From Pseudomonadota bacterium (GTDB lineage Bacteria; Bdellovibrionota; Bdellovibrionia; Bdellovibrionales; SG-bin7), in contig JAWXAY010000006.1 in assembly GCA_034439715.1 (NCBI GenBank), positions 1 to 46,446 of the forward strand: DNA of 46,446 nt, given 5' to 3'. The translations under genes and the position numbers were made by a program. The notes under the pieces are model-generated. The model was not told the origin of the DNA, did no database searches, and saw only the letters and a list, made by a program, of their open reading frames with translations. Below are positions 8,987-18,499 of the stretch, piece after piece (the stretch's first letter is position 1; every line of letters begins with the position of its first letter).

Positions 8987-10801
8987 ATGAGAACAGCGAG
9001 TCGGTTATTGATAATATTTTTGGCGCTAGGGTGCTCCTCGTGCCAATTTAGCGACGAACAGCCCTCTTCTATTTTAGTTATTGCAATCGATTCTCTCGGA
9101 TTTCAGGATGTAAACTGCCAAGATGATCCGGTCGAGAGCGAAAACACGGGTTTTCAGACACTTTGCCGTGAATCTGTGCGATTCACCCATGCTTATTCAC
9201 CTTCGCCAATGGCACAGTCGGCATTGGCCTCGCTGTTAACCGGATTGTATGCTGATACGCATGGCGTTTGGCACAATGGCTCACATTTTGTCTCCGCAAA
9301 ATTAGAAACTGTTGCGGAGCATGCCCTGAAAAATGGATATAAAACAGGCTTTTTTTCGGGAGGAGCTCCGATTTGGAGTAAATCAGGACTGCGCCAAGGA
9401 TTCGAAGGATTCGACGACAATATCAATGTTCAGCTCGGACGCCTCTATCGGCCTGTCGAGAAAAATTTTGATTTATTTTTGCATTGGCTTGATGATACTG
9501 GCAAAACTCGGCCTTTTTTTGCCGTCACCTATTTGCCCGATTTACAAATGGAGAATGTGTCAACTGTTGCTGACTCGGGAGAAGTTCGTAAGAAGTCTTT
9601 TGAGGGGCAATTACTTGAAATCGATGAATCACTTGAGAATTTGATTCGCCAGATGAAAAAGCGAAAAATTTGGAATCAGACAATGGTCATTTTGACCGGT
9701 TTGAGCGGTAAAACAGATCCTAATTTTCGTGGGCTATTAAAGCCCTATAATATGTATGCTGAGAACACACAAGTAACTCTACTCATTAAGCCTCAGAGAA
9801 TTAATCCCGAGCGGGGAACAAGTTGGAAGATAGATCGTAACGTGAGCTTGGCGGATGTGGGGCATACTTTGTATCAGTGGCTGGGCGGCACTGCTCCCAA
9901 TTTGCCAAAACAAAAAATTCACCCACAAGGGATTAATGATGCAATTTTGACCCCAGAGGTGCATTGGTCCGATGAACAGCTTATTCTCATTGGTTCGGGA
10001 TGGCCAGCTTGGCGGATGTGGGGTGAGGCGCAGGTCAGTGTTCGTCGGGGCCATCATTTAACCCTTCTTTCAGAACCCCTAGTCACTTATAATACTCTGA
10101 CTGATCGAATGGAAAACACGCCCCAACCAAATTTTGACTCTACGTTGATCTCTGCTTTAGCGGGAGCCTCAAACCCTCAATCAATATTAAATCCTCGGCC
10201 CTGGCAATCGATTCCTCGCGAGATGTTTCAAAAATTAGTTTTAGCTCGAGAAATCTGGTCTCGTGAAGAATTGGGTCCCGAACTTCAATCCCAATTGATG
10301 CGACTTGCAGAAAATAAAGACGATCAGGTACTGGGGTGGATGTCCTATTGGGCTGTGCGCATGGGAAACTGGCTTTGGTTAGAACAGATTGCGGTGCTTG
10401 CAAACAATAAGATTTGGCATTTTATCGCTAAAAGAGCCTTGGGACAAAATGCTTCACTACCTGACAATGGTTGTTTGGCGCTCTACGGACTCAGTAGGCT
10501 TGACATAAAAATCAATGCGCCACGCGTTTGTGATGATAGGGCTTTTGTGGCTCTACTTTTATGGATGAGCCTCACTGACGCTAATTCGGAGAGCGCAAGA
10601 TACAGAGAAGAGTTTCTGCGCGAGTACGAAACTCGCTTAACTGATGAAAGCATTGCCTTCATTGATTTTGTTAATTTTCATGCCTGGGATGTTCCCGCCA
10701 AACTACTTTGGGGACCGTCGAGTTACGACCTTATACTTTATCTACCTGAAAACAAAAGTTATTTAAATATTGTAAAGAGAAGGCTTTCGGCTAAAAACTA
10801 A
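8987..10801 (+). CDS. Sulfatase/alkaline-phosphatase-superfamily lipoprotein with degenerate active site
   Basis: ILVIAIDSL, F.HAYSPSP....ASLLTGLY..THGV, GYKTGFF, GLRQGF, VSLADV; lipobox ALGC. Confidence 0.75.
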   Translation: MRTASRLLIIFLALGCSSCQFSDEQPSSILVIAIDSLGFQDVNCQDDPVESENTGFQTLCRESVRFTHAYSPSPMAQSALASLLTGLYADTHGVWHNGSHFVSAKLETVAEHALKNGYKTGFFSGGAPIWSKSGLRQGFEGFDDNINVQLGRLYRPVEKNFDLFLHWLDDTGKTRPFFAVTYLPDLQMENVSTVADSGEVRKKSFEGQLLEIDESLENLIRQMKKRKIWNQTMVILTGLSGKTDPNFRGLLKPYNMYAENTQVTLLIKPQRINPERGTSWKIDRNVSLADVGHTLYQWLGGTAPNLPKQKIHPQGINDAILTPEVHWSDEQLILIGSGWPAWRMWGEAQVSVRRGHHLTLLSEPLVTYNTLTDRMENTPQPNFDSTLISALAGASNPQSILNPRPWQSIPREMFQKLVLAREIWSREELGPELQSQLMRLAENKDDQVLGWMSYWAVRMGNWLWLEQIAVLANNKIWHFIAKRALGQNASLPDNGCLALYGLSRLDIKINAPRVCDDRAFVALLLWMSLTDANSESARYREEFLREYETRLTDESIAFIDFVNFHAWDVPAKLLWGPSSYDLILYLPENKSYLNIVKRRLSAKN

Positions 10802-11478
10802 AGATCAAGTACTCCCAACCAGTAGGCAAGCTCAGGATGATTTTGCGCCAAAGATTGACTGACAGACGTCAGATTCCACTCTTTATCTGACAACAAATAA
10901 ATTCTATCAGACATTGCCGAGCGACTAACGAGAATGAGTTTATCATTTATTTGAGGTCGAAAACTTCCGATAGTCAAATTGCAGCTCATATCTAAACCTA
11001 TTAGTTGTGAGGGGAGTGGTGGCAAAATTTTGGAGCCAGCAGCAATATCAAGTGCTAAATCAACATGGGAACCGAGCGGAATAACTCCCTTTCCTGTACG
11101 TGCTAATAAAACATTGGGATGTCCTACCTGCAGCCAAACGACATCATTTTTTTCAATTGACGCCGCAAAGAGTTCAACGCCTGAAGTATATTCTGTTTTA
11201 TTTTCTTCGCGAAAAATCTTATCGTTGGCCAGGAGCGTGGCTATTCGCAAATTGTTAGCAATTGGCGAAAGGCAAGACAACTTTTCGAAGGGGCTGGTCG
11301 CTTCCATGTCTTGCGCCGCCGCCGAAAAATAATCTAGAATGATTTGAGAAACTTTTTTGGCAGCCGATCGAGGTCCCCAAGGAGTGGCCACGATCAGCAG
11401 TCTATTCTCATCTGAGAAATAAATCTCAGGGCGCGGTCGAAATATTTTACCACTATACGAGCGCTCTTGAAACTTCAC
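10798..11478 (-). CDS. PP2C/PPM phosphatase-fold protein lacking metal ligands (putative pseudophosphatase)
   Basis: Motif order matches PP2C (LLIVATPWG, LRIATLLANDKIFRE, SGVELFAA, WLQVGHPNVLL, SQLIG, DKLILVS) without the catalytic Asp residues; last gene of the FHA operon. Confidence 0.6.
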   Translation of the reverse strand: MKFQERSYSGKIFRPRPEIYFSDENRLLIVATPWGPRSAAKKVSQIILDYFSAAAQDMEATSPFEKLSCLSPIANNLRIATLLANDKIFREENKTEYTSGVELFAASIEKNDVVWLQVGHPNVLLARTGKGVIPLGSHVDLALDIAAGSKILPPLPSQLIGLDMSCNLTIGSFRPQINDKLILVSRSAMSDRIYLLSDKEWNLTSVSQSLAQNHPELAYWLGVLDL

Positions 11479-13446
11479 CTATTCCCCATATTTTCTTAAA
11501 ATCTTCTTACAGTTATTATAGTAGTCATTTTCGGGAATTGATAGTTCCAATACCTTATTACACTTCTCTTTTGTGACCTGTATATTGCCTAGACTCTCCT
11601 CAAGTTTTGCGTCTTGATAAAAAGTCTTCAGTTTTTTATTCATATTTAATGTTAAAGTGTCTTCGGCTTCCTTTATTTCTGGCTCTGTTGGATTCATTTT
11701 TAGGGCCTCACGAACACTTTTGAAGGCTCCACGAAAGTCATCTTTGCCGGCCATCTCCTGCGCACCCTTTAATAACTGAGCGATTTTTTGTACTAGGGTT
11801 TGTTCAATGTTAGCGATAAACCTTTGTGCCTTGCCTTTGTTACCACTGGGATCGGGCAGTGATGTCGATACGAACTCCTGGCACTTTTTGCGCGCTAGAT
11901 ATAACTGTTGATCCTTTTGCAGTTTTTCGCATTCACGAAACATAACCAGGCCTCGATTTATTTTTTCTTGTTGGTCTCTTTCAGTTGAGAGTTTGAGAGT
12001 CCTGTCCTGCTCTTGCTTCTCAGCCAAACTTACCAGCTCTTGGATAGCGGCATTGCCGGGATCGATTTGCAGAGCGGTAACCAAGCAATCATTTACACTT
12101 TGTACTGTGGATCTTGGGCCAAAAAGAGATTTGCATCTCGCGAGCTCCACTCCCACCTTTTCTTGGTTATCCTTGGCTATTTTTTGTTGGCGGTCTTGTT
12201 CTAATTGGTCTTCGATGCGTTCAAGCGCTCGTTTACAGTCCTGTTCTAATTCTTTTGATTTATCGAGGTAGGGCACTAGCTCATGAATTTTTTTAAGATT
12301 ATCCGCTGCCAGCTGATACTTTCCCTGCGAATAAAGGCTTTGTGCTAGCAAGTATGTCTCTTTGACAAATTGTTTTTGTCGTGGGTCCAAATTATTCATG
12401 GGCTCGTCCGAAACAACGACTCGAGAATCTTTTTTGACCGGCGACTTAACCTCTCCCACAAGACCATAAATTATCAATAAGACGAGTCCAATAATCGTAA
12501 TTGATTTTGGATTCAGAAGTGATTTGGGTGCCGGCCGTGCCGAATAACCGTCTCCTACAGCTGGCGTCATTGGTTCGCCGTAGGCCAGGGGCAGGTTTAG
12601 GTTTTGAGCGACGACAGTCTGGTTAAACAAGAGATCCGGAAGATTTTGAATTTGTTCCTGCAAGTGAGTATTAACAATATCAAATTTTATTTTAAGTGAT
12701 CCAATTTTTATGATATCCCCGGCAGAAAGAACTATGGAATCCTTAGACTTTACAATTTTTTGATTTACCTTTGTGCCGTTGGCGCTTCCTAGATCCGTCA
12801 AGACAAATCCGGTTTGCGACCTCGCGATCTCAAAATGTCGACGGCTAGATTTCCTTTCTGGTATTTTAATATCACAATTTTCATCACGACCCGCTACCCA
12901 AAGATTTCCCTCTCTAAGTGCAATACTACCCAGATCTTCTCCTCGACTGTTGATCAAGGTCACTACGGGCTCGCCGACGCTGTGCCCTGGTGAAGTGTCG
13001 TCACTGTCTCCGGCAAATTCATTGGCGTCTGCAACGGAATTTGGATTTACTTCATTAGCGACGACAGGCAGATTTTCGTTTTCGATCGCCAAAGTATTAT
13101 CATTGGAATCATTGTCTTCGATTATTGGCTCAGTGATCGGAGTGTCTATTGATTTTTCTGCTACCAACTGAAAATCAAACGGTGGAAGACTAAAAGCTGA
13201 GCTGTCTTCAAGTGCGATAACATGGACCTCGCGCGCTTGATAATTGAGGTGTCCAAATTTGGAAATAACGTCCACTTGCCATTGATTGCCATTAAAGTAA
13301 AGTTTGAAATGTTGGCGCGAAACTCCGCTTTTGCCAGAAAGTACAATTTGACAAGACTCATCTCTACCGCCGATATATTCTTGTCCCTCGACGAGTATAA
13401 GTTCTTTAACTATCTGGCCATCCTGCCTGACAATTAGTTTAGGCAT
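11479..13446 (-). CDS. Double-FHA, single-TM protein with periplasmic TPR-like helical domain
   Basis: GGRDESC..VSRQH and AGRDENC..SSRRH..DLGSANGT; TM near residues 317-331; TPR-like helices and paired Cys after the TM. Confidence 0.85.
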   Translation of the reverse strand: MPKLIVRQDGQIVKELILVEGQEYIGGRDESCQIVLSGKSGVSRQHFKLYFNGNQWQVDVISKFGHLNYQAREVHVIALEDSSAFSLPPFDFQLVAEKSIDTPITEPIIEDNDSNDNTLAIENENLPVVANEVNPNSVADANEFAGDSDDTSPGHSVGEPVVTLINSRGEDLGSIALREGNLWVAGRDENCDIKIPERKSSRRHFEIARSQTGFVLTDLGSANGTKVNQKIVKSKDSIVLSAGDIIKIGSLKIKFDIVNTHLQEQIQNLPDLLFNQTVVAQNLNLPLAYGEPMTPAVGDGYSARPAPKSLLNPKSITIIGLVLLIIYGLVGEVKSPVKKDSRVVVSDEPMNNLDPRQKQFVKETYLLAQSLYSQGKYQLAADNLKKIHELVPYLDKSKELEQDCKRALERIEDQLEQDRQQKIAKDNQEKVGVELARCKSLFGPRSTVQSVNDCLVTALQIDPGNAAIQELVSLAEKQEQDRTLKLSTERDQQEKINRGLVMFRECEKLQKDQQLYLARKKCQEFVSTSLPDPSGNKGKAQRFIANIEQTLVQKIAQLLKGAQEMAGKDDFRGAFKSVREALKMNPTEPEIKEAEDTLTLNMNKKLKTFYQDAKLEESLGNIQVTKEKCNKVLELSIPENDYYNNCKKILRKYGE

Positions 13447-14438
13447 CAGTATCTTCCCATCTGTAAAACATTACACTCCTTCCAGCGTTGTTCAGCCTCT
13501 TGGTGTGTCTTATTTTGGGAGTCGCCAATTGTGTCCATTACTTTTTTGTAAGCAGAACTGCAAAGGGCGTAGTTATGTCTATCCAGATACTTTTTTCCTT
13601 CTCGCATATAGTTCTGAATAAATTCTTTGATCTTTTGGTCAGAGGCCAGTCGATAACGCTCGGCCAACTCGTGTTGTGGATAGACTGACAATGTCTGTTC
13701 GAAGGAGCGGCGAGCCAGCCCATATTGACCATTTTGATAATCTCTAAAACCACGAATAAATGAGGCCTGGGCATCCAAATACTGTCGACTATTTTTGCCC
13801 TTTTGTGCCATCAGGGCCTCGCGCATTTCTTGGCTCTCTTTTGATTTCTGTATGTCGGCCGCGATATCGCTGCTAGTGCGAATTTTCCAAGGATCATCTG
13901 ATTTCTTCGTTGTCGACGTTAATAGAAAATAAAAGAGAAATCCCACGACTCCCAAGATGACATAAAAGTTAAGGTTAGAACTTTGCGTTCGTCGTTTTAA
14001 AGGGCTCGCACTGTTTTGCTGCCTACCATGTTGCTGCATGGGTGCCGAAGGGGCGGCTGGAGCTGTCGTTAAAGGTTGGGCTTTCATAGGCATCTGTGAG
14101 CCATTGTTCACTATGGCATTTGTGATATTTCGAAATTTCAACTGGGTGTCACCGACGCGCAGGATATCTCCATTTTTGAGACGACCTTGGCTAGTTCTTA
14201 CATCATTGATATAGAATGGATTTTTATTTGAGGCATCTTTTATTAAAACTAGATTGTCGTGAACTTCGATTAATGCATGAATACGACTACATTTTGGATC
14301 ATTAAGAGCAATGTCATTTTCTTCGGACCTGCCAATTGTCGCACGGCCCGCCAGAATTTGAAAAATAGAGCCGCGTTGAGATCCGCTAACAATCTCAAAG
14401 AGAATCTGACTTGAAGCGGGAAGAGGTTGACTAGCCAT
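13446..14438 (-). CDS. FHA domain, single-TM, TPR-like protein
   Basis: IGRSEEND..CSRIHA; Pro/Gln linker; TM FYVILGVVGFLFYFLL; TPR-like C-terminus. Confidence 0.85.
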   Translation of the reverse strand: MASQPLPASSQILFEIVSGSQRGSIFQILAGRATIGRSEENDIALNDPKCSRIHALIEVHDNLVLIKDASNKNPFYINDVRTSQGRLKNGDILRVGDTQLKFRNITNAIVNNGSQMPMKAQPLTTAPAAPSAPMQQHGRQQNSASPLKRRTQSSNLNFYVILGVVGFLFYFLLTSTTKKSDDPWKIRTSSDIAADIQKSKESQEMREALMAQKGKNSRQYLDAQASFIRGFRDYQNGQYGLARRSFEQTLSVYPQHELAERYRLASDQKIKEFIQNYMREGKKYLDRHNYALCSSAYKKVMDTIGDSQNKTHQEAEQRWKECNVLQMGRY

Positions 14439-15995
14439 TTATTTTTCTCCCGAAATTAAAGTCACCATATAATAGGCAACTGCTGTTGTGTTAGTGACAG
14501 CAATCATTTTAATTTGGCACGTTCCACTAGGAAATTCGAGCTGACTTTCAGCAATGCGATAAGGTTCTCGTTTACAAGCCTCCATCAAGTCGATTATTTG
14601 TTGTTTGAGAGATTGGTCATTGATCATATCCAATGGTTGCCGACGAAGCCGATCAATTCTAATATTTGTCAGACGCTCAAAAGCTTCGTTCCCATCCATG
14701 ACAGTCTCGTTAGAGCCGTTAATGACAAGGGCTGGAGTTGAAACCATGAGTAGCCAGTTTTGTGCTTCTTGGTCCCGATCTACGAGAGGGGCGTTGTCGC
14801 CGCCACCTGCACTCATTTGAGAAGTGCGAGCCAGAGCGCTATTAATATTTGATATCAGAAGTTGCATTGGTTCAAACACGAAAGGTACTTTGATGGTGGC
14901 TGTTCCCTCTTTTAGTGAGTTGTCCAATTGCCGGTTAATTGTTTTAAATGGAAATTCAAAAAGTTTTAAAAGAAAAATATAAAGGATAACCCCTAGTATT
15001 ATCGCAATCGTAAGATTGATAACGTACAGACTGATTGTTGAGGCGCTGTTTACGGCCAATGCACCCATATTGTAGATTACAATCGCAAAAGCGATTGGCT
15101 TGGCGGTTCCGGTTTCAGGGTTATAGGCTTTGATCGGAACGCTTGCGCCAATGAGAGAATCATTGATTTGTCTGACAAACTGATTATCATCTTTGACGGC
15201 CTCTGAGACAAATGGGATGGTCGAATACGCTTGAGCCTTATTAGCGGGAGCCATAACAGTTTGGTCATAAGAAACAAGGAGCGCTTCGTTAACACCTTCT
15301 TCTCGAGAGGCAATAGAAACATCAAGTAACGATGTTCGACCCTGAGCAAGATGTTCGCGATTTATTGCTTCAAGATTTTTGGCTATGGTTAGCGCCCGCC
15401 GTTGACTTTCGTTTTGCACGCTAGATTTTAGCCTTTGCACCATTGGTAAGACTTGGAGGCTGGTCACTGATAGAATGAAAATTAAAATAAATAATAAAAG
15501 AATATTTTTAAAGTCTGTTAACTCAGGCAGTTTGTAGACTCCTGGCATGACCACGTTTTCAAAATAGCTTTTCGCTTTATCTGCAAAGTTATGAGGTACT
15601 GGGACTTCATTATCGACAACTCTTAAGTCAGGTGCGCCTTGATCTGAGTGAGGATTGCCACCTCCAAAATTGACGGCCTGGCGTTGATTGAGCTCATGGG
15701 CTGAAATTTTTGAAGAGACAATAGCAAATACCACATCGTGAACGGCCAGCTTGTCGCCCTTTCGGACTTGATGGGATTTCACTTTCACACCGTTAGCAAA
15801 TGTTCCGTTTGAAGAGGCTTTATCACTTAAGACTACCTTATCTTCGAAGGCGTAAATTTCGGCATGTCTTTTAGAAATACCTTGGCTTTGTAATTTTATA
15901 TCACACTCGGGCCCGCGCCCAATTAAATTACCGCCTGGTTTTAAAACAAATGTTTTTCCCGCTTGAGGACCCGTCAGGATTCTAATTGCCCACAT
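14439..15995 (-). CDS. FHA-domain membrane protein with periplasmic sensor-like domain and HAMP/PAS-like C-terminus
   Basis: IGRGPEC..ISKRHA..SSNGTFANG; two TM segments flanking about 140 aa; PALVIN..V.DGNEAFERLT is PAS-like. Confidence 0.8.
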   Translation of the reverse strand: MWAIRILTGPQAGKTFVLKPGGNLIGRGPECDIKLQSQGISKRHAEIYAFEDKVVLSDKASSNGTFANGVKVKSHQVRKGDKLAVHDVVFAIVSSKISAHELNQRQAVNFGGGNPHSDQGAPDLRVVDNEVPVPHNFADKAKSYFENVVMPGVYKLPELTDFKNILLLFILIFILSVTSLQVLPMVQRLKSSVQNESQRRALTIAKNLEAINREHLAQGRTSLLDVSIASREEGVNEALLVSYDQTVMAPANKAQAYSTIPFVSEAVKDDNQFVRQINDSLIGASVPIKAYNPETGTAKPIAFAIVIYNMGALAVNSASTISLYVINLTIAIILGVILYIFLLKLFEFPFKTINRQLDNSLKEGTATIKVPFVFEPMQLLISNINSALARTSQMSAGGGDNAPLVDRDQEAQNWLLMVSTPALVINGSNETVMDGNEAFERLTNIRIDRLRRQPLDMINDQSLKQQIIDLMEACKREPYRIAESQLEFPSGTCQIKMIAVTNTTAVAYYMVTLISGEK

Positions 15996-16326
15996 AGAGC
16001 AAGTCTCCTTTCCTCAAGTTTTGAACTTCGGAGTTTGGGCTGGCAAATTCAAATACGCTGTTGGCACACCAATAGCTCGTCGCTAGTCTCCAAGGTTTTA
16101 TGTTGGTTTTGACAGAGCAGACCTTTAACTTTTTATCGACAAAGACAACATCGATTGGAAACTTCATAAAAAAAGTGTGGATGCTGTCACAGCGCTGAAT
16201 CCACATTGTTTCATTAGATCGAAGGGTGGTACGGCCAAGAAGTCCGCACAAGCGTTGCCAAAATGACTCAGCTACAATTACCTTCTCAGCAATGATGGTA
16301 TTAGTTTCTTTTTTTATGAGCTTCAT
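15982..16326 (-). CDS. DUF192 family protein
   Basis: AESFWQRLCGLLGR, CDSIHTFFMKFPIDVVFVDK, IKPWR, VFE, KGD. Confidence 0.88.
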   Translation of the reverse strand: MKLIKKETNTIIAEKVIVAESFWQRLCGLLGRTTLRSNETMWIQRCDSIHTFFMKFPIDVVFVDKKLKVCSVKTNIKPWRLATSYWCANSVFEFASPNSEVQNLRKGDLLYVGN

Positions 16327-17231
16327 TGGCCAGTGCCTCCGTAGACAAACTGGATGACCACGGGCCCAAACACGACAACCATAACGGCAGGAAGAATAAA
16401 CATCATCAATGGAATTAAAATCATCTGTGAAGCCTTCGCTCCGGCCTTTTCTGCCCGAACAAATCTTTCGAGACGCAGTTGTTCAGACTGATCTCTGAGT
16501 ACTTTGCCAATTGGTGTGCCCGAGGCATAGGCGTCGACGACCACAGCTACGAAACTTGTAATTTCAGCAGTGTCTAGGCGCTCTGCCATTTCTCTTAAGG
16601 CATCGTCTCTTGAGCGACCCAAGCGAATGTCTTTTAGGACGGCGTCGAATTCTTTGGCCAACACACTACGTTCCGCTTTTTCGACAATTCTTTGCATGGC
16701 ACCCATGAGATCTAGTCCGGCGGCCACAGAAAGAGTTAACAAGTCTAAAAAGAATGGGAGATCAGCGACGACAGATGTGTACCGTCGTTTTTTTTCGGCA
16801 CCGGCGTAAAAATTGGGAAAGGCAAAACCAAAAAGGCCAAATACAAACATTACGGGTGGTGGCCAGCCAAGATTTAATGCAAAGTTGAGAATAAATAAAA
16901 TAAGTGGAAAGAGAAGTCCCCATAGAATTTGTAAACCGATGTACTCGTCGACGTTGAGCTCACCTTCCAGTCCCGCAGTTTTAATTCTCATAAGAATTTT
17001 TCGGCGATAGCCTTCGTTTTTTATTCGTGCTGCATGCTGAAGGGTGAAATTATGCACAAGGGGTCTTGAAAAATTAATTATGGGAGATTTCGAGCGAATC
17101 GGCTCATCGCCAGTGGCCCAGCGTAAAGCATCTTGTTCACTATTGGTTCGAAATAGTGTAAACGTTAAATTATAGGCGGCAAACGCGGCTAAAACCAACG
17201 CACCTAACATGAGAATATCTACTCCACCCAT
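16323..17231 (-). CDS. tadC: Type II secretion system F family / Tad pilus platform protein TadC (start revised to ATG 17231; alternative 17210)
   Basis: LPFFLDLL.LSV.AGL, EF..V..DIRLGRSR.DAL, GTPI..VLR.QS, AEKAGAKA..ILIPLMMFILP; GAGGA upstream of ATG 17231. Confidence 0.88.
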   Translation of the reverse strand: MGGVDILMLGALVLAAFAAYNLTFTLFRTNSEQDALRWATGDEPIRSKSPIINFSRPLVHNFTLQHAARIKNEGYRRKILMRIKTAGLEGELNVDEYIGLQILWGLLFPLILFILNFALNLGWPPPVMFVFGLFGFAFPNFYAGAEKKRRYTSVVADLPFFLDLLTLSVAAGLDLMGAMQRIVEKAERSVLAKEFDAVLKDIRLGRSRDDALREMAERLDTAEITSFVAVVVDAYASGTPIGKVLRDQSEQLRLERFVRAEKAGAKASQMILIPLMMFILPAVMVVVFGPVVIQFVYGGTGQ

Positions 17232-17829
17232 AAATTTTATCCTCGCCTCGCAATCACCTCGTCGCAGCAAAATCCTTGGCGACGCGGGCTTCAATTTCGA
17301 GGTCCTTACAGTCAAAGTATCGGAAATATTTGATAAAAACCTAAATGTAGACGAGCAAATTATGAAAGTTGCGGAGACCAAAGGACAGGCCGTGGCTCGC
17401 AGCATCAAGTACATAAAAAATCAAGAATATCTCGTACTATCGGCAGACACAGTTGTTATATTAGAGGGTAGAATTCTAGGAAAGCCCAAAGATAGGGCCG
17501 AGGCTGAAAAATTTCTGCGTCTTTTGTCAGGACGTACGCATTGCGTAAAAACAGGTATTTGTTTTCTAGAACCCCTTAAATTTCAAATATTTAAAGACCT
17601 TGGTTCGACTATGGTTGAGTTTCGAGATCTAAGCTCAATTGAAACTGAGAAATACTTGGAATCAGGTGAGTGGGAAGACAAGGCGGGAGCCTATGGTATT
17701 CAGGGAAATGCCCGGGCATTTGTTAAAAAAATAGAGGGGTCCCTCACCAATGTAGTGGGCTTGCCAATTGAATTAGTTCAGGATGTGATGAAGAAGCATG
17801 GATGGTTTAAGCGTTGCCGAAAAAATTAA
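17209..17829 (+). CDS. maf: Maf family nucleoside triphosphate pyrophosphatase (YhdE-like)
   Basis: ILASQSPRR, SADTVV, ILGKP, H.VKTG, DKAGAYGIQG, NVVGLP. Confidence 0.93.
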   Translation: MRISTPPINFILASQSPRRSKILGDAGFNFEVLTVKVSEIFDKNLNVDEQIMKVAETKGQAVARSIKYIKNQEYLVLSADTVVILEGRILGKPKDRAEAEKFLRLLSGRTHCVKTGICFLEPLKFQIFKDLGSTMVEFRDLSSIETEKYLESGEWEDKAGAYGIQGNARAFVKKIEGSLTNVVGLPIELVQDVMKKHGWFKRCRKN

Positions 17830-18499
17830 GGCAATCAACAACAGGATTGCCAGCGCTTGTGCGAAATCTCGACACCAACAAAAAGGTGTAACTCTTGTTG
17901 CTGTTTCAAAATTTCAACCGAGCCAAAAAATTAGACAGGCGATTTTAGCCAAGCAATTTTTGTTCGCTGAAAACTACTCACAAGAAGCCCAGCTAAAACA
18001 AGCGGAGCTTAAAGCTGAAGCCATTGAGTGGCACTTCATTGGCAATATTCAACAAAATAAAATAAAAAATATGGTGGGTAACTTCTCGTTAATTCAGTCA
18101 GTTGATAAATTTGAACAAATCGAAAAAATCGGAAAAATAGCCGTTGAAAAAAGCATAGGTCAGAAAATTTTATTAGAAGTAAATATTGGATGCGAAGATT
18201 CAAAATCAGGAATGCCGTTAAGTCATGCGACGGATGTATATCGTAAGGCTTTGGATGTCCCCAACGTTATTGTTTGCGGCCTGATGTGCATGCCGCCTTT
18301 GGACCGAACAGAGCAGATGTTGCGAAAAGACTTTGGCGAAATGAAATCCGTTTTTGAAGAAATTAAGTCATGTATAGCAACAGAGAGTTTTAAGATTTTG
18401 TCGATGGGCACCAGTGCTGACTTCGAAGTGGCCATTGAAGAAGGGTCTACCATGGTGCGGATTGGTACAGAAATATTTGGTTCAAGGGAGTCAAAATGA
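17798..18499 (+). CDS. yggS: PLP homeostasis protein YggS/PROSC
   Basis: LVAVSK, ENY.QE, WHFIG.IQ.NK, IQSVD, GLMCM, LSMGTS.DFE.AIEEGSTMVRIGT.IFG. Confidence 0.95.
   Translation: MDGLSVAEKIKAINNRIASACAKSRHQQKGVTLVAVSKFQPSQKIRQAILAKQFLFAENYSQEAQLKQAELKAEAIEWHFIGNIQQNKIKNMVGNFSLIQSVDKFEQIEKIGKIAVEKSIGQKILLEVNIGCEDSKSGMPLSHATDVYRKALDVPNVIVCGLMCMPPLDRTEQMLRKDFGEMKSVFEEIKSCIATESFKILSMGTSADFEVAIEEGSTMVRIGTEIFGSRESK

Noticed and set aside
17232..17414. 61-aa N-terminal extension of tadC in the ORF track
   Set aside because: Antisense shadow of maf; TadC-like hydrophobic sequence starts at M62
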